Shown here piece by piece: positions 50,011 to 64,000 of a stretch of DNA of 64,000 bases (positions are counted from its first letter, which is position 1; each line of letters opens with the position of its first letter). Made by a program: the position numbers and the translations under genes. The stretch is from Camelus dromedarius. Taxonomy: Eukaryota. Where the stretch lies: NCBI RefSeq assembly GCF_036321535.1, contig NC_087436.1, positions 39,682,001 to 39,746,000 of the forward strand, in the 5' to 3' direction. Under the pieces are notes generated by a model. The model had not been told where the DNA came from. It saw nothing but the letters and a program-made list of their open reading frames with translations, and searched no databases.

Positions 50011-51176
50011 CCTGACATTTGAGGCCTAAAAACAAAGGCTATGTGGTGTTACCTGCTGGAAGTGAATGGAATAGTTTACCACTATCCAGGCTCAAACTTC
50101 TCTTCAGCCCTGGGGAGCCCTGTGTCTCACACTCTCCAAGAAAGGTATTTCCCCCTTGTCCACTCCTGACTTGCCCATCATCTTCTACATCTGATTAGAC
50201 CATTCTCACAGCTCTATGGATGATTCTAATGGACCTTTCATTTGCTTCTTGAGGAAATATAGTACCTTGTTCTAAAGCATCGTTGTGTTTTTCCCTCAGA
50301 GCATACTGGACTGCTTAACCAGCTCCCCAACATCGCCATCCCATCAGAGCTAGAATATGTACCCCTGAGCAGTAGTGCTGAGCCTCGGGTTTCTGTGATG
50401 TCAGATGCAATAGGAGTCTACCGAGACAACTAAGAGGCACTGAACAGCAGGGGCACCTGGAGGAGGTGACTTAGTTGGTGTCCCACCTCTGCAGACTGCT
50501 TGGATTTCAGTGAGCCATCGCTGAGTCTCTGCTTTGCACCAGGATCAGTATGGGCAGGGGATGCCCTGCAGAGCCCTCATCTCTGAGGGATTGCTGTAGC
50601 ATTTGGCTGGGAAGATCTTCCTTATCACAAGGCTGGAGTACTTCGGGGTCTGACCTGTCTTGGGATGCTTCCCTCCTTTTCTCTCCTGCTGATACATCCT
50701 TTCCTCTTCCTTTTTTGTTATTTAAGCATAATATAAATAGCTCTTTCACTGTTTGAGTGACTTGCAGAGCTCTGTACCAGAAGGCAACTGTGAGTTCCCA
50801 TCACAGCCTTCACATCTGATCTTCTCCTGCTCTGTCTTTGTGGGAAGTGATAGCAGAGCAACACCAGTTACTCGTGGGGAGTCCTAGGATTGTGAGTGGC
50901 AGTGTGTGAGCTTGCCCTTCATGGGGAACTTGGGAGAATAAATGGGAATCACTTGTGGGGCTGCTTGAAGGTCCAGGAGGTATTAGGGGATATGCCAAGG
51001 AATAAGGTTATGTTAATCTTGATAGAAGAGGATCTAAGGATGATGTTGTGACTGGTATAGTTTGCTGTGGAAGCAGGATGAAGTTACATAAGGATTGAAA
51101 TGGAATATATACACATACATCTCACTGAATGCAATGCTTAGGACACTGATCACTCGGTGAATAGTAGTACTTGTGG

Positions 51177-51218
51177 TTGTTGTTGTTGTTGTTGTTGTTG
51201 TTGTTATTATGATTATTA
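51177..51218 (+). repeat. (GTT)n/(ATT)n microsatellite
   Basis: Directly visible. Confidence 0.95.
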
Positions 51219-53669
51219 TAGTTTAACATCAACCTATGTCAGATTGACAATATGATATCAGATCTTTGCAAAGACTCGTTAATTTTGTCTTGCATTCTGC
51301 AGGTACATTACCAGCATAGTTTCAATAGTACACATCATAATAGGCTTTCAGACAGTTTTGTGGAGTGACTGAGTGAGATCCTAACCTTGGCATATTGTTT
51401 CCCAAGTGTGGATTCTGGCATGTCAAGGAATCCATGGACATCTATCACCATTAATGGAAAAAGAAAACAGAACAGCTTCCTGGAACTACTGTCATTTTAA
51501 CTAAATTTTGGATTTGCTTTTGTCCCATGCTGTTTCAATGCCAGCTTTTATTGTTTTAGACCCTGCACTGGTAGAGGGGACTTCAGGACTGCTATGGGAA
51601 ACGTCAAGAGGAGAGCTACAGATGTTTTCGGTCTGTGTTTATTAAGCATTGACAGCCACTTGAGGATGGCTCTTGGCGAATGTGTAGTTGCTGGAACACA
51701 ACAGTTGCACCATATGCAAAGCATTGTGCCTCTGCCTGCCCTTTCTTTGCTTGCTAACAGTTTGGAGCCAATAGCTTAGAACACAATGGCTGTTAAAGCT
51801 GGGTTTACAGTTCAATAAAAGGGGAACATTTATCAGATGATAAACTTTTATAGTTCCTGTTCACGGTGTGGTTGGCAAAGGAATAATTAAAATCGACAAC
51901 ATATTCTATCTTTTTCTCTATTTTCTGTTAACTCAAGGCCACCTAAATGCTCCAATAAATCAGTCAGCTATGGGTTCAAAAAGTTTTCTTCCTACATTAT
52001 AGGTATTCTTGCACTTTCTGGGGAAAGTTACAGAATATTTTTGCAGAACATCTAACTGTTCTCGATGCTACTGTTTTTCAGGGCCTCACTGCCTGTTTGA
52101 ACGGAAGCAGTGAGCCTTTACAGGGCAAAGAACAATCAGAAAAACCATATCCTGTTGAGTTTTGCCTTGTGGTTATGGGGATGGAGGAAGAGACAGCTCT
52201 ATAAGTAACTGTTTTGCCAACCACATTAGGAGAGGGGACCGATTCCTGTCTTTGGTCATTGCAAATGCATCCTGAATAGACAGCCCTAATATATTTATGC
52301 TGTTTTAATTTTCTGTGCAATTTCAGTTGTACAACATTGTTTGCCAGCTTTATATTTGGCTTCAGGTATTCAGTTCAAAAATAGCATAATTTACAAGTAC
52401 ATTCTGTTTTTTAACATTATCAAGCCCAGTTCTGCAAATACTTGTAAGCCTGATAAAATTACAAGGAAGGATGGGAGATTTTAAAGAAGAGCTTAATATA
52501 TTGACACCCACAACATAAGTTTTGGTCATGAAATCTTGTCCCCACTTATGTATAAATTTAGTTAAGACTTGAATGCGGACCCTAGAAATAGTAGATGGTT
52601 TTCTTTAAAATGAAATAAGGATTTTTAAAAATTCCTTTTTAAAAACAAAATTATATTATAATGACTTGGCAATAGAAATTGGATGATTAGTGCTGGGATT
52701 TCAATTTTCATGCTGCCATTAACCTTGTTAGCCAAATAAATTAGGCTTTATCTAAATGATCCAAAAAAAGCTATGTGTAGAGTAAGATAATATTTTGCAT
52801 GGTTCTCAATTCTATCATCATTATCCCTGGCTAATCTATAATAATTTGCTGAGCATTTGTTGTGTGTCTAGAACTGGAATATGAGGAGAACAAAAGAAAT
52901 GGAGTATACGGTTTTATTGCCTGATAGAAATTCAAAGGGAAAAGATATTGAACATTTTGACTGGTGACTTTCAATAAATGCTGTCTGGTGAGGCTTCCAA
53001 GTGCTGTCCTGCTCTGACAGTCCTCATCAGTGCCCCCAACCCTCCCCAAACACACATCATATTCAAATAAAACCAGGGTCAGACATAACTTTACCCCTCA
53101 GCCCCCTGCTGGCCTTCCCATGTTCCAAATAATGAAGTCCAACAGCAGTTCTGAAGCTTTCTCTGATGCTGTTGTATTTTTTTGGTAACTGAAAACTTTG
53201 CTGGTTTTGTGCTTGTGTTTCCTTATGGAAGGAGGGATATCTCTGAAAGTTCTCCAGTCTCAGAATGATGAACTTTTTCCATATCTAGAGGAATGACCCC
53301 AAATAAGTGTTTTTGTTGACATAGTATAAGGAATTTTACCCAAAGAATAATTGTATGAATCTTATAAGTGCTTTTTCTGATTCTATGCTGGTAAATGACT
53401 TCTTAATACAAAATTAGGATATACTAAGAAAGGCAGGGCACTTGGAAACAGAGACTCACTCTTCTACCATCACCTTCAGGAAGAGCGGGTAATAACTCTA
53501 AATTGCCACATATTCCTGAGTAAGATACATGTCTTTAACAAGGGGTCTCTGAATGTAAAGGTGATGCACAATTGTCATTAATTGGAGAAGATATGGCTGC
53601 AAATCTCGAAAACCAAGCACTTCATCTGAAAAGCTAAGTGTTATTTCAGATGAGAACAATGTAAACATT

Positions 53670-54560
53670 TCAAAGCCATAAAATGTTGATAAATTACATA
53701 AAATCTCTTGTTAGAATAATACTACCAACAAAGTCAGAAGATAAATGGCAAACTAGGAGAAAATATTTGGAAATAAATGAGAAAGACCTAATTAAAAATA
53801 TATATAGAAAGCTCCTACAAGTCCATTAAAGGCAATTAAAACATGAGGAAATCACATGGCCAGATTTTATAGAAAATAATAAAAATTATTTTTAAGACAA
53901 GACATTCAACTTTACACATAATAAATATGTGAATTAATAATAAATCAAAGCCGCTTTTTCACCTATCAAATTCATAAAGTTGTTAGTAACAAAATTGGTA
54001 AATATATTGGCGGGAGATTTACTCTTTTATTGATGGGAGTGTGAGGTAGTTAAAGCTCTATGGAGAAATACTTGACGGTATCTATTAAAATCTAAAATGT
54101 ATATCTCCTTTTACCCAGCAAGTCTGCTTGGAGATTTAGTCTTACAGTGTGTCTCACAATGTATGTGCAAATACTAACTTCATTAACTAAAGACTTTTTG
54201 ATACTGCCAAAGATTGGAAACCATCTAAATGCCAAAGTAGATCATAGGTTAAATAAACTGTGGAACACTATAATGTGGAGGCTTGAGCCATCATTAAATG
54301 GTAACAAAACAGTTCTATCTCTGCTATATGGAATGAGCTTTAAAATCTATGGTAATGAAAAAAAGTTAGGCATAGAACAAGATGCATAATATGTGTGCTA
54401 TTTAAAAAATAATACATGTATATATTAGCATAGGAATATAACTAGAAGAATACACTAAAACTGATAACATTTATTGCTCTGGCAGCATGGAAAGAAAGAC
54501 GAGAAGACAGGATGGGGAGACAGATTTATTTTTTTCTCTGTATCTTTTTCATGCTTCCAG
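53670..54560 (+). mobile_element. Old L1M 3' fragment
   Basis: aaactaggagaaaatatttg...ttttcacctatcaaatt...ttggaaaccatctaaatgcc...ggttaaataaactgtgg. Confidence 0.75.
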
Positions 54561-54954
54561 AGCAAATGGGGTTGTGTGAACCAGTATTTACCGACCTTTG
54601 AATACAGTATTATTTATAACACTATTATTATGTAATTTAGAAATCATATTCACACAGATAGTATCCTATCTGTTTTTCAGATAAGGAATGAGAAACTAAG
54701 AAAATTTAAATAAGTTGCACAGGGTCAAAAAGCTTGTTGGAATCAGAATCAGGAAGCGATTCCTAAAGGCATTGGCTGTGAGCAGGCACAGTTGTCCTTC
54801 ATGGCTCCGTCCAGTGTTAGTTAAATCATGTCTTTTAGTTATTGCCATACCTCTTAAAATTCCTTAGCATGGCTTTCCCATCCAATGGCACATGTTTAAC
54901 TTTGATGATATCAAAGTATGAGACTACCACTTAATATCTGGAAACACATACATG

Positions 54955-54957
<3 letters not shown>

Positions 54958-54991
<34 letters not shown>
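54958..54991 (+). repeat. (AC)n microsatellite
   Basis: Directly visible. Confidence 0.95.
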
Positions 54992-54994
<3 letters not shown>

Positions 54995-56509
54995 TGAATT
55001 TATAGCTTACTTAAGTAAGGGAGATCTGTGCTATTTAGCTACATCCTCTCTGGGCATAATATTGGACTTATTCTATACAAGGCTTCTGGGGAATATTGAA
55101 GCAGGGAGTGAGTGGGGTTTCAAAGATGGGTTGATGTCAGCAATAGAAATGTGGTTACTTGAGTAAGCGCATAATCGATAAACTGGCTTTTAGAAGCTTG
55201 TTCATTGGGGTGAACCTACACCTAATTGTCTGACTTTCAAAAGAGAACTGTCACTGATTATTTGGATTATACAAGTGTGTTCACCAAAGCAAGTTAACAC
55301 TGGTTGATTAAATTGAATTAAAACCAGTTCTGGCGGCTATCTGTTGTCATGGCTACAACATAATCAGATTTTTCCTTGGTATATAGGAACTTTAAAATTT
55401 TCTATTCTCCATGATTTTAGATATTTCTTATTCTGAGTGGCCTATCTAGTTGACCTTCTCATTTCCAGAGGACTCCTGCTCTTCAGTGCCATCCGAGTGT
55501 GTCTCCTGGGTCACTTAGTATATAGACAGTCATGGCTTGTTGCTCTAGTTCACCTCTGTTCATTTTCTTCTCTCATGTAAACGGTCTGTGTCAGAAGCAA
55601 TGACATTTTAGGGTGTAATACTCTAAAATTATGACATTGGCCTAATCTTTATGTAGCCAGAATGCTTGCTGAACCTGGAGAGAATTAAGATTTCCTTGGC
55701 TCTATCTGAGGAATTTGTAATTACAGGCAATTAGAGGTCTATTTACAAGGCAGCTGATTATTTTGGCTGTGGTCGGAATTGAGAGGCTGATGCACAGGAT
55801 CCTTGAGAAAGGACAGAAAACAACAATGGAGTCATTAAGAGTCAAGTCCACACTCCCTACACATTTTGTTGAGACCTTATTGGAGAAGCATAGGATGGAG
55901 CCCTGTTTTCATGGAAAATATTTTCAGATAAGAGGAGAAGTAGCACAAGAAGTTGACTGAGGTCATCCTGGCAGCAGAAATTGATAAATACAAGAGAAGG
56001 GCAGTTTCACCAGTGCCTTTCTGATTCTTGTAGATTGGTGGCTTTGGGACATGGAAGACAGCATCCTTGATGACTTCTCTAAGAAGGCAGCATCAGGAAT
56101 TGCAGCATTGAGGCCCCCTTCAAACAGGTGAGAGACTAAAAGTTATTGCCAAGGAGAAGCGAAGACAAGAGAGGAAGGCAGGGAAGGTGTTATAAGGTAT
56201 TATAGGTTAAAGGAGTTTGAGAGCACAGGTGACCTTTTACCTGTGGAGGCCTACAAAACACTAGGGGGTGCACTTTCAGGAAGGCTGGAGATTTTGTGGG
56301 TAAATGGGGTCAAAAACAGATTATTTGTATGGTTGTCACTTGTGTCATTGTATTTGTGTAATTGTTAGTGACTGTCATCTGCATTGAGTCCTAGGGACAC
56401 TGAGGTTACATTTATTTAATGCTGACTAAAACCAATGTTGATCTTGTTATGATTTTGACTTTTTTTATTGCTTCAAGATGCATTAAGAACTTATTTCAGT
56501 TTCTGTGTA

Positions 56510-57060
56510 TAGCCAGTTCATTGGTTCATTCATTAACCTAGTCATTGACTCATTCAGGTTTCAAACTAACATTTAATAGGTGCTCACAGTGATGAAAGGA
56601 CAGTGTCTACACTCCTAACATGGTGTTTGTGATCTAGTTGGGAATCAGCAGTGACATTGACCATTAGAATATTTTGATGTGTATAATGGAGTTATATGCA
56701 GAGTAAAAATGTTGTGCAAAGAAACAGGAGCTCCAATCAGCTGGGCAGAGTCAGGGAAGTTCTCCCACAAAAGGCGAAAACTGAGTCATAAAAGAAGCGG
56801 TTGGTTTCGAGATGGTGATGGTTGGGGAGCATCCCAGGCAGAGGCACCTGCCAATGCCGATGAGATTTATCAGGGACCAACAGGTGGTTTAAAATTACTT
56901 GAGTATTTAGGGTACAAGTGAAGTGGTGAAAAATGATGTTGGATTAGTGTTAAGGACATGTGTAATGAAATGATCCTTTGGGCCACAGCACAGAGTTTAT
57001 TATGGGAAGCAATTGAAAAAGGAGTAACAGGATTAAACTTGTATTAATGTAAACCACATT
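56510..57060 (-). mobile_element. L2 fragment
   Basis: ttcattcatt tail-like start, then L2-type purine-rich text. Confidence 0.55.
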
Positions 57061-57888
57061 GATGACATTTTTTAATATTATAAATGTAAGTAATTGCATA
57101 TGAGTATACATGTATTCTTTATTCTAGTTATCCATTTCTCTGTTTTTTCAAGCACTCTCCCTATCTTTTTTTTTTAATTCAATACTCAGTTCAACTTCCC
57201 ATGAAACTGTCTCATAACTTTTTAAAAGTAAGGTAACAGATCCTAGGAAGGCATGTCAAGATGCCCTCATATGACAGCCAGTGTCATCTTCCAATCAAGG
57301 AGCAGCAGTCCTATTTAAACCAGACACACTAAAAGTACATCTGGAATCAGCAACTTGAGAAACATATTTGGAAAAGGCATTCTTCACAGAAGAATGGCCT
57401 TCTCTATTGTTCCGACAGAGCGTGTAGTTTCTGAGAGCTCATTAAATAAAAGCCCAACTCCACATTTTTGCCTCTGGGCACAGCCTTTTTCTTCTTTTTC
57501 CAGCTTCTCCTGTCCTCCTTAGTGATGTAATTTGCTTGGGAATCCTTGTATAAAGAAAGACATCTGTTTCCATTTTCTTCTTCCTGGAGAGAGGAACAGG
57601 ATCCCTGTACATCATTGAATAGATCAGTATCATCATGAATGTTAGCACTTTCTGTGAGGCATAAGCCCAAAGACCAAGGAGAATCAGGGACTTGAAGACA
57701 AGAAGCAAAGTGCTTTCCTCACATCATAGGATGTTTTACCGCTGCTACTGCTCAATGTGAAAGGAATGCATTTTTTTTTCTTTTCTCTCCCTGCCTCCCT
57801 CTCTACCTTTCTTCTCTTTTCTTAATGTGCAGAGTTAGTAAAGAGACCTAGATATTTTGTTTCCCCTCAAAGTGTGAGTTTACATTTA

Positions 57889-58191
57889 CACCTGGCTCTC
57901 TGCATCTGTTGGTTCTGCATCTGTGGCTTCAACAACCAGGGATCAAAAATGTTTTTAAAAAATTTATAAAGTTCCAACAAAACTTGAATTTGCTGCTCAC
58001 AGGAAGCTAGTTACATAGCATTTACATTGTATTAGGTATTATAAGTAATCTAGAGATAAAGTACACAGGAGGACGTGCATAGGTTACATGCAAATATTAT
58101 GCCGTTTTATATAACGCACTTGAGAGTCCTTGGATTTTGGTAATTGCAGGGGTCCTGGAACCAATCTCCCATAGAAACTGAGGGATGACTG
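57889..58191 (-). mobile_element. Tigger3/MER2-like MITE
   Basis: ggggtcctggaaccaatctccc...gagggatgactg end, with TA on both sides. Confidence 0.85.
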
Positions 58192-59664
58192 TACATTCAA
58201 AATTAGAAAATTATAATTTTATTTTCTATAACATATTACAAGTAAAATGTGTCTCAAATGGTTTTGCAACTCAGAAGAGAGGTTTAAATCTAAAATTAAA
58301 GAAAATTATGCAGGGAGAGACAAAAAAATAATGCACGAGAAAAAAGAAATGGTATATTTTTGTCTCAAGCATCATGGTTAATTTAATTTTTTGTGATTCA
58401 TTTTGGGTGAAGTACACTATGAATTATGAATATTCAGTTATAAGGGATGAATTAATTTACTATTACAAATGAATTATTTTCAAAACTATGCATAACTTCA
58501 GCTAGGTTAATGGTTTGATTAGTGGCTTGTGACTTTTTTTTCCTGCAAATTACTTAGTTCTATCAGCAGGCCTTGTGAAAGTTCCCTTGACACTATATAT
58601 CAGTCTAACTCATAAATTTCATGAATAGCAGGTAAGAAATATATCCTCTTAAGCATGTTGCATAGATAATATTTAAATATATATATTAACAAATATTAAT
58701 ATTGTGTTTTGAAGAGAATGTTGATTTTTTAAAAAAAAATTTAGTTTGAATCTAACAGTTGAAAGCAACAAGGAAATCAGCATTTGCAAAGGCACATCAT
58801 ATACTAGGCCCCGTATAAAATATACATCATCTAATCCTTACACACATTCTAAATTAGCTGTTGTTTTCTCGGTTTCACAGATGAAGACGCCCAGGTTGAA
58901 AGAGGTTCATAGGTTTGGCACTGTTTGTAGAAAATCCAAGTATTGGCGCTTTGAATAAAATTCATACCTTCTTTTGGCTTCAAATCCATGCTCTTTGCAG
59001 ACTGTTACATAAAAGTTTGGAGACTAATAACACTGTTCAGTAAATTAAATGTTTTGTGCCAAATTCAGATGACTTTTCATACTCCCAGAACTTGTTTCCC
59101 AGACAGGTTTATCCTACAGTATGATTCAGTCGTCGTCTTAAGTGGTCATTTTTTTCAAGACAGGGACTGTTTCCTTTGCTCAGCTTTGCCTGATTGACGT
59201 TGAAAACTGGTGAGATGCCCAGGAGCTCCTGATAGAGAAGGATTTCAGGATATAAGTAGACTCTGGAGAAGGAAAGAGAACAGGCCAACACTGTTAACCT
59301 TTATGGCTGGTGAGGCCAGTGACAAAATAGCTATGTCCCCCTCTTCCAAGTCCTGGCACACACGTGGTGGTTTGACTTATCAACTGCTATCTGATCAGAC
59401 CCACATGTACATTTTAACTTAAGTTTTTGGCTGTGAGCTAAATGATTTTGGTGCATTGCTTCCAGAACAGAATTGTTCATCAATTCAGTGATTCAGGTAG
59501 TACTGCCTTGTGTACTTTTACTAGAAGTAAATAATATACAAATGAAAAGTTACTCCTTGAATTCTAGGCTTTTTTTCTCAGAAAAACAAAGACATTTTTA
59601 TTTACAAGTCCTGCCTAATGATAGGTTTCATGGATAGTCCTTTAGAAGATCCTCCCCTAGTTCT

Positions 59665-59867
59665 TGTTTCTCAGTCTTGACACTGATATTTTGGGTTGAG
59701 TACTTCTTTGTTCATGCAGCTGTCCCGTGCATTGTAGGATGTATAAGAGCATCCCTGGGTTCTACACTGGAGGCCAATAACACCTCTCCCTTCAAGCTGT
59801 GACAATCAGAAATGTTTTCAGGCGTTGTCACAAATCCCCTGAGGGCCAACCACTTTGAGAACCACTG
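59665..59867 (+). mobile_element. MER20-like hAT MITE
   Basis: ctgtcccgtgcattgtaggatgt...agcatccctgg...gtgacaa...ttgagaaccactg. Confidence 0.85.
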
Positions 59868-59989
59868 CCACAGGCTCCTTAAACTTTATTTCTGGTCAGT
59901 TTGGGTTAGGAAAGAGAAAGACAGTCTTGAAGATATAGAAGGGAAAATAAAGAAAAAAGTGAAATAAAGAAATAAAATTAGATGCAAGC

Positions 59990-60460
59990 TAGAAGGATTA
60001 TTGCTAACATAACTAAACTGAAAACAATCTAAACAGTCATCAGCTGATAAATGGACAAGCAAATTGTGGTACCTCCATACAATGAGGATTTAGCAATAAA
60101 TAGGAATGAACTACGGAGCCATGCAAAATGGTTTTGGATTTTTAATGAATTTCAGAAACACCGTGCTGAGTGAAAGAAACCAGATACAAAGGACTATACA
60201 CTCTGTGATTCATTTATATGAAGTTCTAGGAAAGAGAGAATTCTAGTGGCAGGAAGCAGTGAAAGCCTGAAGCTAGGCATCGCGAGAGGGACTGACCTCA
60301 GAAGGGCATGAGGAATCTTTGGTGGTGATGAAAATGTCCTGTGTTTTGACTGTCGTGGTGGTTACATGACTGTATACATCACCAATATGCATGAAATGCA
60401 TAATTAAAATGGGTTAATTTTACTGTATGTAAATTATACCTCAAGAAATCTGTTAAAAAA
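59990..60460 (+). mobile_element. L1MB/MC-like 3' end
   Basis: aatggacaagcaaattgtgg...ctgtgattcatttatatgaagttctag...gtaaattatacctcaa. Confidence 0.85.
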
Positions 60461-61304
60461 TAGATGTGAAGACAGAGGAAGAGAATATACTCTAGAGGGT
60501 AGGATGGGGAAGCCATCTTCAGACTCATCTTTGTAAATAGTCTGTGACAGCTGACCTCATGGGAGGGGATGTGGATGCCCAGGGCTGCAGCTGACTGGCA
60601 GGTCTGATTTTTGTCTTGGGATTGTCCCCTGGCAGTCGCTATTTTTACACAGTGGTTTGTTCCAAGCGGGGCCAGTCAGAGTTGTCTCAGAGAAGATCTG
60701 GCGACCCCCAGATCCTGGGGACCTATCATCCAGGAACCCAGAGGCTCCTTTCAGAAACTATGAATAAACAAGAGGTAGGAGGTTTAAGGGGTCAGCACAG
60801 CACCCACATCAGGGAGTCAGCCAGGAGCCCCTCAGACCTGGGATGCCAAGCCAACTTGAGGAATGACCTTTTAGTGTTCAGTCACTAAGCAGATCTTCAA
60901 TGTTTCTTTCCTCCTCAAATCACTTTGGGAGCTTTCAGCATAAAACAGTGTGAACTATCCATATGAGAACTTAATGCACACTTAGCCTAAACTTACTCAC
61001 TTTTTCTAGGCAGTGGTAAGCAAATTGTAAGAAAAAAGCAAGAGAGCTTCTACCATGAAGTTAGAAGAAGGAAGGGCGCTTTCAAGGAGGGTTTAAAATT
61101 GGTTTTTGTTTTTTTTTATTTTTCAAAAAAGGCCTTAGCCCTGGACAGATCTGTGTGTAAATCCTGGCTCAGTCACTGTCTTGCTCAGAGGACTTGGGTC
61201 AATTACTTTGCTTTTTGAGTTAGAATTTCTTGGGATAGAAAATGGGTCAGTATATTTATTTACAGTTACTATGAGAATACTTAAATACCGTAATACTAAA
61301 ATAC

Positions 61305-61750
61305 TGTATTGTTGTAACAAACTGTCATAAACTTGGTGGCTTAAAAAACCAAAAACTTGATTCTCTCACAGTTCTGGAGAACAGAATTCCAAAAATCGAG
61401 GTGTTGGCAGGGCCACACTCCCTCTAGTGACAGAGAGGCTAGGGGAGAATCCATCTTGCTTCCTCCAGTTGTGGGTGGCTCTTAGGATTCCTGTGGCCGC
61501 ATCATTCCAATTTCTGTTTCTGTCTTCACGTGGCCTCCCCCCCCCACCCTGTGTCTCTAATCTCCCTCTGCCTTGTATTCTTGTATCTGTTCTTGTATTG
61601 AGGGCCCTTCTTAATCCTTGCCTCATGATGATCTCATCTCAAAGTCCTTCGTGATATCGACAAAGACCCTTTTCCCAAGTAAGGTCAGATTCATAGGTTC
61701 TGAGCAGACACATCTTTTGGGTGGAGCGGGGGCAGAACTCAACCCCCTGC
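61305..61750 (-). mobile_element. MLT1C-like solo LTR
   Basis: ttctctcacagttctggag...ggtgttggcagggccac...aaagacccttttcccaagtaaggtca. Confidence 0.85.
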
Positions 61751-62629
61751 AAGTCCTTCTGGGGAGTGCACAGCGTCAGCACAGTACTCAGAGCTGTTAT
61801 TATGCTCATGACCTTAGTGTGATGATTTCATCAGGGCTGAAACAAGGGCTTCTGTACTCATTGTGTGAATGCCTCAAATTTCGTGTAATTCTACGCCTGC
61901 AGGCACCATCCTGCATCAAGATGAATCATTGCTGAGCTTGATGAAAATTCTCTAATTAATTAGCCCTTTTTCTGATACTGTGACAATGTTTCTGTCTCCT
62001 TCCAGTCTTCTGTGTAGCTTCACTTCTCCCAGTAGGGGTGAACATTAGGCTGTACTGTCGTTATTTTCATTTTATATATTATTTTAATAAATATTTAGTG
62101 AACAATTATAATGAGAACAGAGAGTTCACAGTGTAAGATTGGATGATGTGTGAATTTACTCTGGATCCTGGAATGGAAGGAGTTAATCTGTTTAGGGTCT
62201 CTAGATACATTACCTTATTTGCTCCTTTACTGAGCCATAAGGTACCCGTTGTCACACCACTTTCCACACAGATTCACTTATTCAAGGTCACATAAGTGTA
62301 TGAGCGATTTGACTGCCTTAAGGGACATCCCTACAAGTGGAACTATTACTATAATACATAGAATATATAAATAAGCTCATTATCCCACCCCTCTTTCCAA
62401 CTCAGAAAATTTAATTATGTGCCCCTGAAACAATAGCTTTTGAAGCACTGATTCAAATGGATCTCTGCTTTGCTCAGCAGTAGGATTCCTCCCAGTAGCT
62501 TAAATAAGCTTCCAAGAAGCTCTTCCTCTCCCGTTTCATCGGTCTAATAACAATCTTTTCTCCCTCACTGTCCGTTTCTAGTGATACACAGGCTGGGTAT
62601 TTTTTTTATAGATAACACAGCACAAGATC

Positions 62630-62775
62630 AAAACGCGCGCAAAGGAAATAAACGGCTCGGGGGGCGCATCCGTCGTCCGCGGGCGGCGGCGCGGCGGCCC
62701 CGGTGCCGTGGGCTTGACTGCGGGCCTGACGGGCGTCCTGCTTCCCGACGGCGGCCGCGGAGCGGCTTCGGGTGG
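62630..62775. promoter_or_regulatory. Small isolated CpG-rich island
   Basis: About 145 bp of dense CpG in AT-rich surroundings, with a CRE-like tgacgtc at 62809-62815. Confidence 0.6.
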
Positions 62776-63614
62776 TTAAATCTCAGTCTTTCTGTCAGGA
62801 AACTGCCATGACGTCTTTTCTCACAACTCCTCATGTCTCATTACAAGCCTCCTTTCTTCTCTGCAGAGTCCGCTCTGGCATTGCAAAGGAAAGTGCCCAC
62901 GCGGCACATCTTGCTCTCAGACCCCTTACCTTTATATTTTAGATGACAGGATGCTTCATTTGCTCATTAACAAAGAAGCTGAAATAGTTCTGAAAATATT
63001 GAAGCTTGCACAGGCATTGCTACTACAAATATAAAGGCTTGAGGTTTTTGTCTCCCCAATAGATTATAAATACATGTCCTTGCTCTGTTTTCACTGATTT
63101 AATATTTTCTAAGCAAATATTAGAGTATTTCAGTAAGTAGCTTAGTGCTTGTTATGTAGTGGATTTGTACCGTCCATATAAATATACAAAAAAAGCACAG
63201 GAATTTTATCAACAAATTTATGTGTGATCCAGCAAAAGCATAGATTTATATTCACAGATAAATATTGTAAAATATATATATATACGTTCAGTTTGAGAAT
63301 AAGAACAGGCTTTTGGATGGAGGTGATTTGTGAAAAAAACAAAAAACCAAAAACACCATGAAGGTTATGAATAACTTTGAGCTGGGAGTTGGCCTGAAGC
63401 ACCGCATCTATGACTGGATTTATTTAAAGGAAAAAAAAAACCTCAAAACAGTCACAGAAATTGAAAAATGCATTTTCCGTCCTTTCTTCTATTTCACCTT
63501 CATTGCTTTCCTATTTTCATTGACAAATGGATGTGATGTTTTTATTAGATGAGTCAGTGCAGGAGTCAATGGAGCTGAATGTCAAGTTATCCTAGAAAAG
63601 AACAAGTATATACC

Positions 63615-64000
63615 ACTTCAGGTTTTATTTCCTAGAAGCAGAGCCTGAGGCAGAAATTCGGCTACATGTATTTTGCTGAGGGAGTGGAGGTGTTCAGGAA
63701 AACCCTCTAAGGAAGTGGGAGGAGCAGGATAGAGGGGAGAGGACTGGGATATGGTCTCAGGTAAAGCCCAGTGTCGGCCCTGCCTGCAGCTGGCGAGCTC
63801 AGGAGTGGACCTCATCCCGCAGCCCTTCCCTTGAGGCAGTGGGGCTGGTGTATTATTATTCATTGCTGTCAGTTTGTGTGCGAGGCTGGAGGTTGAGCTG
63901 GGAGTATAATTTTCCTTATCTCCCATCATCTAAGTCCAATTCACTGCAGGAAGGGGCAGCTGTGAGCGGATAGGAGCCAACACTTACTCTTGGTAGCTAG
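63615..64000 (-). mobile_element. Old ERVL-type LTR fragment (LTR16/LTR33-like)
   Basis: ttcctagaagcagagcctgaggcaga...gaaggggcagctgtgagc text. Confidence 0.5.

Noticed and set aside
62581..62834. ORFs across the small CpG island as a first coding exon
   Set aside because: Low-complexity Arg-rich products, no recognisable protein, and no convincing donor.
1..64000. CRISPR arrays, operons or other prokaryote-type systems
   Set aside because: The sequence is mammalian, and I saw no regularly spaced repeat-spacer structure or long intact ORFs.

Overview
This is mammalian genomic DNA, very likely camelid, judging by six copies of a tRNA-derived SINE resembling Vic-1. It begins inside a CpG-island promoter (1-~650) of a gene I cannot name. 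The rest is AT-rich and carries the usual repeats: MIR, L2, old L1M, MLT1/LTR16/MER21/ERV1 LTRs, Tigger and hAT elements. I find no intact protein-coding gene. The main non-obvious signal is on the minus strand from ~2.3 kb to at least ~38.9 kb. There, the repeat-free islands read as a chain of about 20 decayed exon-like segments with AG/GT splice sites, several phase-compatible junctions, and scattered stops and 1-nt frameshifts. Their translations repeatedly show RGS-fold-like helix motifs and an N-terminal segment resembling RGSL1/RGS22. My inference is an anciently inactivated, unprocessed multi-RGS-domain gene. This rests on manual translation and remembered family sequences, so it needs tblastn/HMM confirmation. 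A ~170-bp inverted duplication brackets one of its small exons.
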